Source: Octopus sinensis (Eukaryota). Taken from it: DNA of 64,000 nt. Of the stretch, positions 1 through 13,534 are shown one piece after another. Positions within the stretch are counted from its first letter, which is position 1; every line of letters begins with the position of its first letter. Below the pieces are notes generated by a model. It saw only the letters and a program-made list of their open reading frames with translations. It was not told the origin of the DNA and ran no database searches. The position numbers and the translations under genes were made by a program. The DNA lies in NCBI RefSeq assembly GCF_006345805.1, contig NW_021833695.1:18784-82783 (forward strand), given 5' to 3'.

Positions 1-82
1 CACAGACAGCCAAAAGAAAATTTACTAAAAATGTTATTTCAAGTTTATAATTTGTTCAATATGCCAAACATTTATCATTGCT

Positions 83-347
<265 letters not shown>

Positions 348-589
348 TATATGCACATAAGAATTAATGAATGTATCCAAGTCTATGTATAATTATGTAT
401 ATATGTTTGTATGCATCTACCTATCTATCTATCCATATACTGTACTGTTCATGTTCGCATACGCATACGCACGCACACATATATACACCTACACACACAC
501 ACACATTTTGTTGAGATTGACTTAGAAATATCACCGGTGTTTCGAATTGTCGTCAATTCCTGATTATATTTTGAAATATGAAACATAAT

Positions 590-797
590 AATTGTCTCAA
601 GTTTTGGGACAATTCCAGCAATTCTAGCATAGGACTTTTGTCAATTCACTCTTATCTTCAATGCGAAAATGCCACCTATTACTCCGAAAGGATGAAAGGT
701 AAAGTGAACTCTGGTGGGATTCGAACTCAGATCGTAGAGCCAAAACAAATTAAGCACCTTTACTGACATGCTAACGAATTTGTCATCTCACCGCCTC
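590..797 (-). mobile_element. tRNA-derived SINE family A, degenerate
   Basis: Seen: reverse complement of the family A core (ccgaaaggatgaaaggtaaagt...ggattcgaactcag) and head (gctaacgaatttgtcatctcaccgcct). Confidence 0.75.
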
Positions 798-902
798 GAG
801 AATAAAAATTAATTATACCTGAATCTGAAAATTTATTGGCATTATGAGTATTATGCTTATAAAAACAAGACATCCTAAAGGATATATATATATATATATA
901 TC

Positions 903-1272
903 GTAAGGGCACACAAGGTGCCTACCTGCTGGGAAGGGGAGTTAAAAGTCTCTGATAAACCACCAATAATACTGATATGTTTATTAGCCACACAGGGCTG
1001 CACAAAGACGGGACAAATTACAAGGTAGAGCTTTTCTTTTGGGGATAAAAAAAGGGGGTTTTGTTTTCGATCAAAAAGGATCGTAAAAAGAAAGAAAGAG
1101 GAAAGCAAAAAAAAGGGAGGGGAATAAAATAAAAGGAAAAAAAATCGATCAATAGGGATCGTTATCACAGAAATGTCAATATAAAGTGTAAAGGGGAGGG
1201 CAGGTGAGGTTTACCCTTGGGAATAAAAGCCTACGGAAAAGACCACGGTAACCTCGGTCAATGAAGTCACAT
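903..1272 (-). mobile_element. Unclassified retroposon 3' end sharing its tail with SINE family A
   Basis: Seen: 975-1023 aligns by eye with the family A long tail (compare 15465-15515). A LINE 3' UTR identity is inference. Confidence 0.4.
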
Positions 1273-1356
1273 GTTATTTATTTATTTTTTTACAAATAAG
1301 CAACTCTCTGTATTAATTTTTACGGTTCATAGGATCATAGTCAAGGTGGCTTCACT

Positions 1357-1402
<46 letters not shown>

Positions 1403-1827
1403 AACCCTGGAGACTGGTAGTGTTGGCCTACCTCGTATGAAAAGTAAAATTACGTAAGTTATATGGTATTATCAGGAATAATTTGGTTCTTTGGGGGTAA
1501 AGAAAAATCTGATGTTCTGTCGTTTCTTCGGCAGGAAAGAGACACCAAACGTTTTCTTCATCTCTGAAGCAAGAACTACAGATAGCATGTGTTGATATTC
1601 ATGTCATGAATATGAATATAATTCGTAGGTGGCGCTAGTGTGTTGCTTCAGTCAATATGCAACTAGGTTGTATGGGAGTTCATGTGTGAGTCACGTGAAT
1701 GACTGCGTGTGTGTATGTGAGCATGTATATGTATGTGTGTACGCGCGTGCGTGCGTGTTTGTGTAGTCATGTGATTCGGTAAGCCAATTAGTTTGGTTAC
1801 ATTCTAAAAGTATATGAAAAGAATCAT

Positions 1828-1889
<62 letters not shown>

Positions 1890-2199
1890 CTTGGGGCACG
1901 TGTTTGTGCATACAAGGTGTATACATTTGTGTGCGCATCAGCGAAATGTATGTCAGAGAGACAGATGAAGCAGATACATAAAGGGAGACGTGTAGAAAGA
2001 GAGCAAGAGAGAGAGAATGAGAGAGAGAGAGAATGAGAGACAGAGAGTGAGAGACAGAGAGAGAGAAATAACGAGAAAGTTAGAGCGTGCGAACGCATAA
2101 ATATAAAAAACACATGTCTTTGCTTTGATTTTCAAACGTACACGCACATCAAACGTGCACACTCTCACACAGGAAAGCGCACATGCATATACGCAAACA

Positions 2200-2244
2200 C
2201 ACACACACACACCGACATGAACACATACACATACGTTTGCATTT

Positions 2245-2291
<47 letters not shown>

Positions 2292-2292
2292 C

Positions 2293-2323
<31 letters not shown>

Positions 2324-2580
2324 ATTGTCTGTACATATATACATAAATACCATCATACATAAACACATAGACATACATACATACATACACACATACATAT
2401 ATACATAAATACACACATACATAAACACATAGACATACATACATAAACACATAGACAAACATACATACATACATACATACATACATACATACTATATACA
2501 TACATACATACATACATGCACACATACATACATACATACATACATACAGAAATACATACAGACATACATACATATTCATG
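2200..2580. repeat. (CA)n/(TA)n/(CATA)n compound microsatellite
   Basis: Seen directly. Confidence 0.95.
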
Positions 2581-2804
2581 TCTGTTTATATTGGTATTGC
2601 TTGTTAAGAACACAACAAAGCAAGGGCTATGTATAGTATTAGATGCAATTCAGCAGAATGGTTAATTTCGATAAAACGAAAACTGCTTGAAAGTCTATGA
2701 AAGAAAGGAAAGAAGTGCACACTCGTTGCTGACATCATATTACTAAAATTATACACGCATACATACACACAGCTATACATATGAATATATAGATGCGTTT
2801 ATCA

Positions 2805-3030
2805 TGTCACGAACCGTAGCTGCATTCGAAGAGGACCGACGACAGCGGCTCGATACTGGTATAGAAAGACGTCCACAAGGGAGCCCCTGGCTCGATCCAG
2901 TCAACAGAATATCGTTGGGATGTCTCTGGGCGCCAATGTGCTTCTAGCTTTGCACTGAGGTGTCACATGCGTTGTCTTCAGTAAAGTACACAGACTTTGT
3001 CGTCATCGGACACCGATAGACTGCCTATCA
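2805..3030. mobile_element. Possible solo LTR
   Basis: Seen: GC-richer island starting TGTCACG and ending ...TATCA, with a TATA-like ggtatagaaag and agtaaa about 45 nt before the end. No clean TSD. The LTR call is inference. Confidence 0.2.
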
Positions 3031-3232
3031 TCATGTGTATGTTAATGCGTGGGTGTGTGTGTATGTGTGTATGTGTGTGTATGTGTGTGTGTGTGTGTGT
3101 GCGCACGTGCATGTGTGTGGATGCATGCGTGTGTCGGATGTATAAGAAGTTAAGGGCCGAAACACTTGCTAGAAGGGGTGGATTCTTTTCTGAAGACCTG
3201 TTGTTCAGTGCTCTTGAGAGTTTCTTACCGCC

Positions 3233-3397
<165 letters not shown>

Positions 3398-4234
3398 GTA
3401 AACAGATAAATTCCTCTATTTACATAACATCGAGATATCGTTTATTCTTTTGTTGTCTTAACATTTTTATCAATATATATATATATTATATATATATATA
3501 CTACATACATGCATACACCATACATGCTTGTGTGAGTGTGTATGTTTATGAGTGTATGTGCGTACGTGTATCAGTGTGTTTGTGTGTAAGAGTATATAGA
3601 GCGATAGATAGGTAGATACACACATGCATACAAGGATAAATAGATGGATGGATCGATCGATCGATGGAGAGATAGATTGATGGTCAGTCGGACAGACGGA
3701 CAGATAGACAGACAGACAGCGATATATGGTGCCGGACGACCTGGATGTTAAGAAGTTCACTTAACATCTAGTTTTCTACTATTAGATTCCAGCCTCGATT
3801 CTTCTGTGTACTTACTTCCAAATGGTTCAAAGGGAGCTTCTTAATCGTGCAGCAATACCTATCACACTCACTTCTTTATATTTCAACTATGTTCATTCTG
3901 TATCGTTTTTGCCTATAATATGTTTGCTCTGATTGTCCTCAACTGCCAAAATGACCGACTAACGCAAATGAATTATTATCGCTAATTTTATTTTCGTGGT
4001 AAACTGTCTAATATCGCTTATTTATTTATTGAAGCACTTTGCTTCCGCCAATATTTCAACATTGCTTTTGTGCCTCATCAGTTATTGCAATGTTTTTCAT
4101 TTGTTGGACTTGTATCGCACAAGACATCGTGGGCGCACGCGCGGCAGTTTGGCCAGAAGTTTATGTATATACATATACATACGCATGTATGTATGTATGT
4201 ATGTATGTATGTATGTATGGTATGTATGTATGTA

Positions 4235-4274
<40 letters not shown>

Positions 4275-4540
4275 ATCTGTCTGTCTGTCTGTCTGTCTGT
4301 ATGTATGTATGTATGTATGTATATGTATGTATTTATTTATGTATTTATGTATGTTTGTTTGTCTTTCTGTATATATATATGTGTGTGTGTGTGTATGTGT
4401 GTGAGACTTTTTTCGCTTTCCTGTCAATCTATGTATATATATCTATGTTATCTCTCTGTCTATATATATGTGGTGACACCCGTTATTGGACAAGCGATTT
4501 AATTGAGCAAGGGTTACCCAAAAGACTCGACAATGAGAAA

Positions 4541-4850
4541 GAATTAAAAGTGAAGGCAAACATGAATTGCAAATAAAAAAAAAACTCATCTACTGCTTCA
4601 CATGCCCACAATGTAATTAGCACTATATTGGGGAGACAGGAAGGAAACTGACCAGCGGAGTAAATGTGCATAAACAACAGTCCAGGGATTCATCTTTAAG
4701 GAATGTCCCATGCGGTGTACATCTAGATATCTATGCAAATGTAAAATTTAAAATATTCCCATTTTACAAAATAAACGACGAAAATGTATAACTACGAAAG
4801 GCAAAGGAAGAATACTTTATTAGAATTCTAAATCCAAAATTAAACCGGAA
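4541..4850 (+). pseudogene. Penelope-like element GIY-YIG endonuclease C-terminus, disrupted
   Basis: Seen: with one frameshift it reads ELKVKANMNCK/KLIYCFTCPQCN*HYIGETGRKLTSGVNVHKQQSRDSSLRNVPCGVHLDIYANVKFKIFPFYKINDENV*LRKAKEEYFIRILNPKLN. Known: IY-CxxC-YIGET...E..FI...P.LN is the PLE GIY-YIG signature. Confidence 0.9.
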
Positions 4851-5196
4851 AAAGCCAACACACCATATAACAAACAATGTTAAAAGAATATTTACGACTA
4901 AAACCGTAAGTCAGAAAATAAAATGGAAATAATTAATACTACCACTACCACAAAAATAACAACTTCCTCTTCAAGAGCACGTGTGTTTCCAACGGTTAAA
5001 CGAAGGCGCTCGCACACTAGAAAAAACTCCTTCCCAAAAAGGGTTAGTAACATCCTCATAAGAGATTTTATTACATTTTTTAAAAAAATTATTCTTTAAA
5101 CAATCACCTTTATGCTTCAAAGCTCTATTGAGTAATTCTCATGGACTTTCAAATATATATATATACGTATGTATGTATATCCATATATGTATATAT

Positions 5197-5439
5197 AAAT
5201 TATTATAAATTATAAACATAATTATAATTAGGGTTTAGCAAAATTGCTTCACCACATACCGAAATTTAGAAACAGTTAAACACTCTTCTACTAGATATCT
5301 CTGAAGTTGAGAGTATTGCTGTCTGGGAGATATCTTATGGTAGTAGAATAGTATTTAACTGCTATTTCTAAATTTCGGTATGTGGTGAAGCAATTTTGCT
5401 AAACCCTAATTATAATTATGTTTATAATTATAATAATTT
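5197..5439. repeat. Long inverted repeat (hairpin element)
   Basis: Seen: 5208-5272 is the exact reverse complement of 5365-5429 (65 bp), extendable on both sides with small indels. Confidence 0.92.
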
Positions 5440-5673
5440 TTGTATAAATTTACCGATAATGGTTCTTTTAACATACCGAACTACGTGGTAAGATTATTAA
5501 TTATAAATTGATTAATTAATTTTACGCTTCATTATTATTATTATTATTATTATTATATTATTATTATTATTATTAGTAGTAGTAGTAGTAGTAGTAGTAG
5601 TATAGTAGTAGTAGTATTATATATATATATACATATATATATGTATGTGTGTATGTATGGATATATATATATG

Positions 5674-5744
<71 letters not shown>

Positions 5745-5821
5745 AAAAAATGAAGTTCGAAAATGCTGCTGTATTATACAATTTTTAATTTTTATATATA
5801 CATTTTAATTTTTATATATAC

Positions 5822-5866
5822 ATTATAACATGTTTCAGTTCCTGAATGAACTTTATCAAAACAAGT
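5822..5866 (-). ncRNA. Hammerhead ribozyme-like motif, U3-A8 core variant
   Basis: Seen (minus): TTGATAA AGTTC attcag GAACT GAAA CATG TT ataa. 5-bp stem II, palindromic stem III ACATGT, weak stem I. Confidence 0.45.
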
Positions 5867-5897
<31 letters not shown>

Positions 5898-6094
5898 TAT
5901 ATATATATTATATATATATATATATCCGTGATATCCAGTTGCTTATCTTTATTTTATTCATCTTGCTTCGAGCTGTGCGGATAATCCCGGACTGACTTGG
6001 TGCATTAACTTAAGTACCTAATTCAAGTGAATCTCAATTATATATATACATATACATACATACATACATACATACACACACACACGCATATATA

Positions 6095-6136
<42 letters not shown>

Positions 6137-6141
<5 letters not shown>

Positions 6142-6300
6142 AAATTTACGGAAAAGCAAAAGACGAAGACAGATGTATTAGTTTAACGCTCGGGAAGGAG
6201 AAAAAATCTTTTACGTTTCGAGCCTGCGCTCTTCAACAGAAGGGAACACGAGGAAATAAACAGAGAATCAATTAAAAAGCCTTTTAGGGCTAGCGGTCAA
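6137..6300 (-). mobile_element. Short PLE-derived element with degenerate hammerhead (6208-6243)
   Basis: Seen (minus): CTGTTGA A GAG cgcagg CTC GAAA CGT A. Same family as 38390-38550; follows a (TA)n tract. Confidence 0.55.
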
Positions 6301-6376
6301 TCAAATTACAGGTGAGGATAAAAATATCCAAGATTATACTGGTTAAATACCTAACAATATAGGCACATACATATAC

Positions 6377-6650
6377 ATTATAAATATTATTAAAAGCCAA
6401 GAGAGAAGATGGAGATAAGATTAATAAAAAATTTATCAATACATTGACAATAACAGACCTACAATTGTTTCAGTTCATCACTTTTGCACACAAAATCAAC
6501 AAAATTTAATTTAATTTAACTGAATCAATTTAATTAATTACTTCAAGACTGAATATCTTCTATGAAACAATTGTAGGTCTAGTATTGTCAAAGTATTGAT
6601 AAACTTTTATTAATCTTATCTCCATCTTCTCTTTTGGTTTTTGATAATAT

Positions 6651-6657
<7 letters not shown>
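6377..6657. repeat. Inverted-repeat element, arms about 95 bp
   Basis: Seen: 6377-6472 pairs with 6563-6657 with about 10 differences. The arm contains gaaacaattgta, a hammerhead stem-III-like palindrome. Confidence 0.88.
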
Positions 6658-6690
<33 letters not shown>

Positions 6691-6694
<4 letters not shown>

Positions 6695-7989
6695 TTTGGC
6701 AACTAAGTTCCCGCAGTTTTTTAAATTAAACATTTTAAAAGGATTAATAGAAAATAACAACTAATTAATCAATAATGTTTTCACCCTTGTTGTTTACAGC
6801 CTCTTCTCAACGTTCAACAAGATTTTCAATACCTCGTTGATAGAAATCACCCGATTTCGACTCGAAAATTTGATCCAACTAAGCTCTCAATTCTGCATCA
6901 GTATTGAATGAACCTCCGTGAATAGGATTTGAAAGAGATCGAAAGAGGTGGAAATCCGTTGGTGCCAAGTCAGGAGATTACAGCGGGTGTGGCAGCACTT
7001 CCCAGCCATGCGTTTGAAAGGTTTTCTTGGTCATATTGGCGATATGAGGACGGGCGTTGTCATGCAGCAGAAGAAAACCATGCTGATGATTAGGTCTTAT
7101 CTCTTGAATAGCCGTGTTGAGTCGTTCCATCTGTTGAACATAGAGTTCCGCGATGACTGTTTGGTTTCGTTCAAGCAATTCGTAATGGATAATCCCTTCC
7201 CAGTCCCACCATACGCACAACATCGTTTTACGCAGATGAAGATCTTGTTTCACGCGCGGTGTCGCTTGTTTACCGGGGCTAAGCCATTCCTTACACTTTT
7301 TCATATTGATGTACAGGCACCATTTTTCGTCGCCAGTAACGATTCGGTAAAGAAATCGTTGCTTGTGTCCATGAGTTGAGTGATGATGAGCAAGCAAACC
7401 AGCGGAGATTGTGGCTCGTTGATTTTTGTTGTTGTCACTTAAAGCATGCAGAACCCATGCGCCATACTTCTAAACCTTTTACCATCGAGTGAAGATGCTT
7501 CTGTATAGCAGTGTGTGAGCATTCCATTTTCTCTGCCAGTTCCCTTTTCGTTTGACGAGAATTTTCGTGCAAAAGTTGATTTAATCGCTTTTCATCGAAC
7601 TCAACTGGACGGCCTGAACGAGGTGCGTCTTTGAGGTCAGAATTTCTGTTTTTGAACTTGGCATACCAATCACGAACGGTTATTTCAGCTATGACACCCT
7701 CTCCATTCACAGCACAAATGTCACGAGCAGCTGCTGCGGCCTTAGAACCTTGATTAAAAGCAAAAAGAAAGAGGTGTGAAAATGCTCGTTTTCCTTAACT
7801 TGACATTCCATTTAAAATAATCTGAAAATAAAGAAAAATTAACTAAAATTAACTAGAAAAAAAAATCAAAACAAAATAGATTCCAAAATGATTCAAAAAT
7901 AGAATTCTCGAAGAAAATAGATTCCAAAATTTAAAAACGCAATAAATTCCAAAATTTTTAAAAACCGCGGAAACTTAGTTGCCAACCCA

Positions 7990-7990
<1 letters not shown>
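6691..7990 (-). mobile_element. Full-length mariner DNA transposon (1300 bp) with 30-bp TIRs
   Basis: Seen: left TIR ttagtttggcaactaagttcccgcagtttt (6691-6720) vs reverse complement of the right TIR ttgggttggcaactaagtttccgcggtttt (7961-7990), 26/30 identical. Preceded by (TA)n. Confidence 0.95.
6765..7811 (-). pseudogene. Mariner DD34D transposase pseudogene
   Basis: Seen: MECQVKENEHF..., RSGRP, WVLHAL, TGDEKW, HDNARPH, *SPDLAPTDF, with 34 residues between the second and third D. At least two frameshifts and three in-frame stops. Confidence 0.95.
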
Positions 7991-8032
<42 letters not shown>

Positions 8033-8579
8033 TATATATATATATATATACACACACACATACATATACATATATATATATACATAATATTCAGTAATTC
8101 AAAATACATACTCCGACAGAGTATGTCATACTTATTGATTGCGGCATTCATTTTCACCGAATTGCTCAACAATATTCAGAAATAGTGACATATTACCATA
8201 GTGAAGGAATAAACCTAAAATATTTAATGCTCATACAATATATATATATATATATATATTAAGTAGGTGCGCATAGCGATTCCTTTTGCCAGAGAACGTT
8301 ACGTTTCAAAAACTGTATTTCTCAAAAGCCGGTGTGAAATGGAAGACGCATTCTAGCGTCATGTATTCATGTGATGTTGAATATAACACAGCACGAAATG
8401 GTCAAATGAGACACAAAATGGACTGCTATGTATATATATATATATTTAGATAAAACAGCCCTACGACGGAAATGTCACTTAAATTACACTATATGGAATT
8501 GCTCCTTCAAGACTGCATAATCGATAATAATATACATTCACACTCACACAGTCAGACACAAAAATAATTTGTATGATGC

Positions 8580-8585
8580 ATATAA

Positions 8586-8671
<86 letters not shown>

Positions 8672-8841
8672 ATGCGTGTGTGTGCGTATGGGTGTATAGA
8701 TAGATAGATAAACAGATAGACATTTTTACATACTTACATATACATATATATATATATATATGCGAGTGTGAATGTATGGGTGTACGGGTGTATAGATAGA
8801 TAGATAATAGATAGATAGATAGATAGATAGATAGATGGATG

Positions 8842-8875
<34 letters not shown>

Positions 8876-8952
8876 AAAACAGACAGACAGATAGACAGAT
8901 AGATAGATAGACAGATAGATAGATAGATAGATAGATAGAAAAACAGACAGAC

Positions 8953-9006
<54 letters not shown>

Positions 9007-9050
9007 ACAGATTGACAGACATTTTTACATATTTACATATATATATATAT
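8580..9050. repeat. (TA)n and (AGAT)n microsatellites
   Basis: Seen directly. Confidence 0.95.
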
Positions 9051-9842
9051 ATAGTTATATATATTCTATATATATATAGAGAGATAATATATATATATAT
9101 ACATACATATATATATATATATATATAGAATATATATATATACGTAATTTAGAATAATATATATTTATATGGCTATTATTGATGAGAAGCATATATATAT
9201 ATATACACGTTATAATACACACACAAACACACACACAAGCACGGGGTGTATAACAAACAAAGAGAAAGAAACGAAGCAATTATATTGGAAAAATTATAAA
9301 GAGGGTGCGGTAAACAGGAGAAAATAAAGATTTTTCAGAGAAAATTGTGATTCGATTTAAAAAGAAAAAAACACACATTAAGATAAGAACAAGAAGAAGA
9401 AGAAATTGTGTGCGTAAAACGGGTGTAGCATTGTTGTGTGATAGGGATGTGTGGCGTTGGGATGAAGGATTTGGGAAAAAAGCCAAATATTGGCAAATTT
9501 GATTTGCTAAAGAGTTCGCTACTAAAAAAGAAGAAGGAAAGAAAGAATTGTGATTTAGGAAATAGAATGACAAGTCTTATGTCTATAAACAAAAGATTTT
9601 GAAGAAATAAAACTTGGTGAGCAATAAAATAAACAATAACATTAAATGAATGTAAAATAAAATAAAAGCCCTCGTGACCATCTTCAGATTAAATACTCCC
9701 AGAAGAATCAAAAATAATATCGCAGGAATAAATGTTCTTGTCAGTTCCGTAGGCAGTGCTTAAAACCAGTTTGAGAAATTATTTTAAGTATCTGCTCATT
9801 AATTCTCAAATAATATGATGTTTCAATTCCTATCAAGTTACT

Positions 9843-9928
<86 letters not shown>

Positions 9929-9930
<2 letters not shown>

Positions 9931-10156
9931 AGCTGGCGGAAACGTTAGCACGCCGGGCGAAATGCGTAGCCGTATTTCGTTTGTCGCTACGTTCAGAGTT
10001 CGAATTCCGCCGAGGTCGACTTTGCCTTTCATCCTTTCGGGGTCGATTAAATAAGTACCAGTTACGCACTGGGGTCGATGTAATCGACTTAATCCGTTCG
10101 TCTGTCCTTGTTTGTCCCCTCTGTGTTTAGCCCCTTGTGGGTAGTAAAGAAATAGG
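9929..10156 (+). mobile_element. tRNA-derived SINE family A, near full length with long tail
   Basis: Seen: A-box-like agctggcggaaacgttagc, B-box gagttcgaattcc, core gtcgactttgcctttcatcctttcggggtcgat, tail ending gtagtaaagaaatagg. Confidence 0.9.
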
Positions 10157-10176
10157 TGGTGGTGGTGGTAGTAGTG

Positions 10177-10241
<65 letters not shown>

Positions 10242-10750
10242 AGTACTAGTAGTAGTAGTAGCAGTAGTAGTGGGGTGGTGGTGGTGGTAGTAGTAGTGGT
10301 GGTGGTGGTAGTAATAGTAGTAGTAGTAGTGGTGGTGGTGGTGGTGGGAGTAGTAGTAGTAGTAGTAGTAACGTTATCATCATAAGTAGCATCATCATCA
10401 TCTTTATTATTCGCCGGGGTCAACTTCGACTCTAATTCCTCCTGCTTCGATAAAATACAGTAAGGCTCAAGTAATACTGATGTCGAGACGATCGACTAAT
10501 ATCTCGTCCCGAATTTCCTGGCTTTAAGCAGGTCATTATTGAGAAGCGCGAGTACTTTTCGGACAACATAGAGATCGGCGCGAAATGGGAAATGAAACAA
10601 ACGCAAGATGTCGAGCGGTTGTAACCCACTTTCGAAAACGAGAAACAAACAATAGAAAAAGAAAGAACTCTTCACAGACGAAACTGGATTCACCAGCCTT
10701 CAGGAATGCATGGAAGAATGAAGAGGTGTGTTGTAGAGAGAATGCGTATA

Positions 10751-11170
10751 GGCGCAGGAGTGGCTGTGTGGTAAGTAGCTTGCTTACCAACCACATGGTA
10801 CCTGGTTCAGCCCCACTGCGTGGCACCGTGAGCAAGTGTCTTCTACTATAGCATCGAGCCGACCAAAGCCTTGTGAGTGGATTTGGTAGACGGAAACTGA
10901 AAGAAGCCCGTCGTATATATTCATATATAATGTGTGTGTATATGTTTGTATTCTGTTTTTGTCCTCCCAACATCGCTTGACAACCGATGGTGGTGCGTTT
11001 ACGTCCCCGTAACTTAGCGGTTCAGCAAAATGAGACCGATAGAGTAAGTACTAGGCTTACAAAGAATAAGTCCTGGAGTCGATTTGATCGACTAAAAGCG
11101 ATGCTCCAGCAGCATGGTCACAGTCACATGACTGAAACAAGTAAAAGAGTAAAAGAGCAAGTAAAGAGTA
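10751..11170 (+). mobile_element. tRNA-derived SINE family B (bipartite, internal TA/TG tract)
   Basis: Seen: head gcaggagtggctgtgtggtaag...ggttcagcccc, internal microsatellite, tail gaaacaagtaaaagag repeats. Confidence 0.9.
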
Positions 11171-11282
11171 GATATGCCAGTCTTCTACCCTGATCAACGC
11201 AAGTGAATTGAAATTACGCTGAGGTCCATTTTGCTTTCATGTTTCCGAGTTAGATAAAAATGACTGAAGCAATTAAATCGAT

Positions 11283-11750
<468 letters not shown>

Positions 11751-12652
11751 ACTAACATTCCCCCCTACACCACTATTGTTATCTTTGTGTCTTAATTAAT
11801 AGCATTATTATTAAGGTGTTGGGCTGGCCGATTTATAAGAGCGTCTGAATAAATGGTATTAGTTATTTGTTTCGTATCTTTTCTTTGTGTTTTAAGTTAG
11901 CTCACATCGAGATCAGTGTCCTCGAAGTTTTTTGAATGGAGTACCTATCAAGGACTGAGGGTTGGTGTTGTCGACTAAGCCTCCAACAGTCAAAATTGTT
12001 GCTCTTGCACCTAAATTAAAAACAATTGTTTTTTATCAAGTTACTGAGCTGACAGAAAGATTAGAGCGTCGACACAAACAAGCTTGTAGTACTTACTTAT
12101 TCGTGCTAGAGTTTAAATGCGGCAAGATACACGTCCCCTTTTCATCCTTTATGGGTCTATGAAATAAAGTATCAGCCAAGTACGGACGGTTGATGCATGC
12201 CAATCCTAGACCACTTGTATTTATGAAGCCAACTCTTATTGAAGCTATTTTGAGCAAAGAAACAATCAATAAAGAATGTATGTATGTATGCATGCATGCA
12301 TATATATATATATGTATGTAAGTATGTATGTATGTATGTATGTATGTATGGATGGATGGATGGATGGATGGATGGATGGATGGATGGACGGATGGATGGA
12401 TGGATGTGTATGTATGTATATATATATAATTCAAATAGCGGTTATGTTGTCCTCATTAATAACTTAAATATCTCCAATTTCTTATTCTTCATATAAATAT
12501 GAATATATATATATATGTATATATATATAAATAATATATAAATATATGCATACACACACACGCATGCATACATGATTAAGAAGATAATCAATTAATGACC
12601 TTATCAGTGGCCAGCATGTAATAAACACCATATAAGTAAAAATTAATATAAA

Positions 12653-13126
12653 TACATAATTATATAGATATAATACTAATAAAGAGTACTGAGAAACAGC
12701 ATCTACATGCTAGAGTTAGACGTCAAATGACTCTAAAAGCTACTTCGAATCACACTCCATTAGCACAAGGCTGAAAACAATGAAAATTAATAAAAGAGAT
12801 TTAGTAAAAATATTTTTTTCCTTTAGGTTAATTCGAGATCGTCCGATTTTGGTATGAGTACGTATATATATTTACATTTATATACATTTTGTATATTCTA
12901 CTGAGGACGGTAAAATAATTGTATTACTAAACCAGAAATTGGATGATCTAGAATTAACCTCAAAAAATATTTTTGCAAAATCTCTTTTATTCATTTTCCT
13001 CGCTTTCAGCCTTGTGATTATGAAATGTAATTTGAAATGGTCTTTAGAGTCATTTGAGGTCTATCTCTAGCATGTAGGTGTTGCTTATTAGCACCCGGGA
13101 TTATAATTATATCTACATAATTATGT
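12653..13126. mobile_element. Inverted-repeat element with a central hammerhead
   Basis: Seen: arms 12697-12802 and 12978-13083 (roughly 80% by eye), weaker outward extension. Confidence 0.8.
12895..12954 (+). ncRNA. Type I hammerhead ribozyme candidate
   Basis: Seen: ATTCTA CTGAGGA c GGT (loop) ACC a GAAA TTGGATGA TC TAGAAT. 6-bp stem I, intact CUGANGA and GAAA, AUC cleavage triplet. Confidence 0.6.
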
Positions 13127-13189
13127 GTGTTTGTGTGTGTGTGTATAAAAGTAGAACTCAAAATATGAATATATACTCAATAACTCATT

Positions 13190-13400
13190 TATCCTTTTAC
13201 TTGTTTCAGTCATTTACCTGAAGTCATGCTGGAGCACCGCATTTAGTCGAAGAAACCGACTATAGGACATATTCTTCGTAAGCTTAGTACTTATTCTATC
13301 GGTCTCTTTTGCAAGCCGCTTAGTTACGGGGGCGTAAACACATCAACATTGGTTGTCAAGCGATGTTGGGTGGACAAACAGAAAAACAAACACACACATA
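13190..13400 (-). mobile_element. SINE family B 3' half (head remnant at 14000-14040)
   Basis: Seen: ttttacttgtttcagtcattt...ggacaaac, then (TA)n, then a Tc1 end. The head atgtggttcgtaagaaagctatttaccacacagccactc resumes at about 14000. Confidence 0.85.
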
Positions 13401-13407
13401 TACATAC

Positions 13408-13527
<120 letters not shown>

Positions 13528-13534
13528 ATATATA

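Noticed and set aside
4040-4090. Hammerhead at ctgatgagg (minus strand)
   Set aside because: The core heptamer is present but stems I, II and III cannot be formed convincingly.
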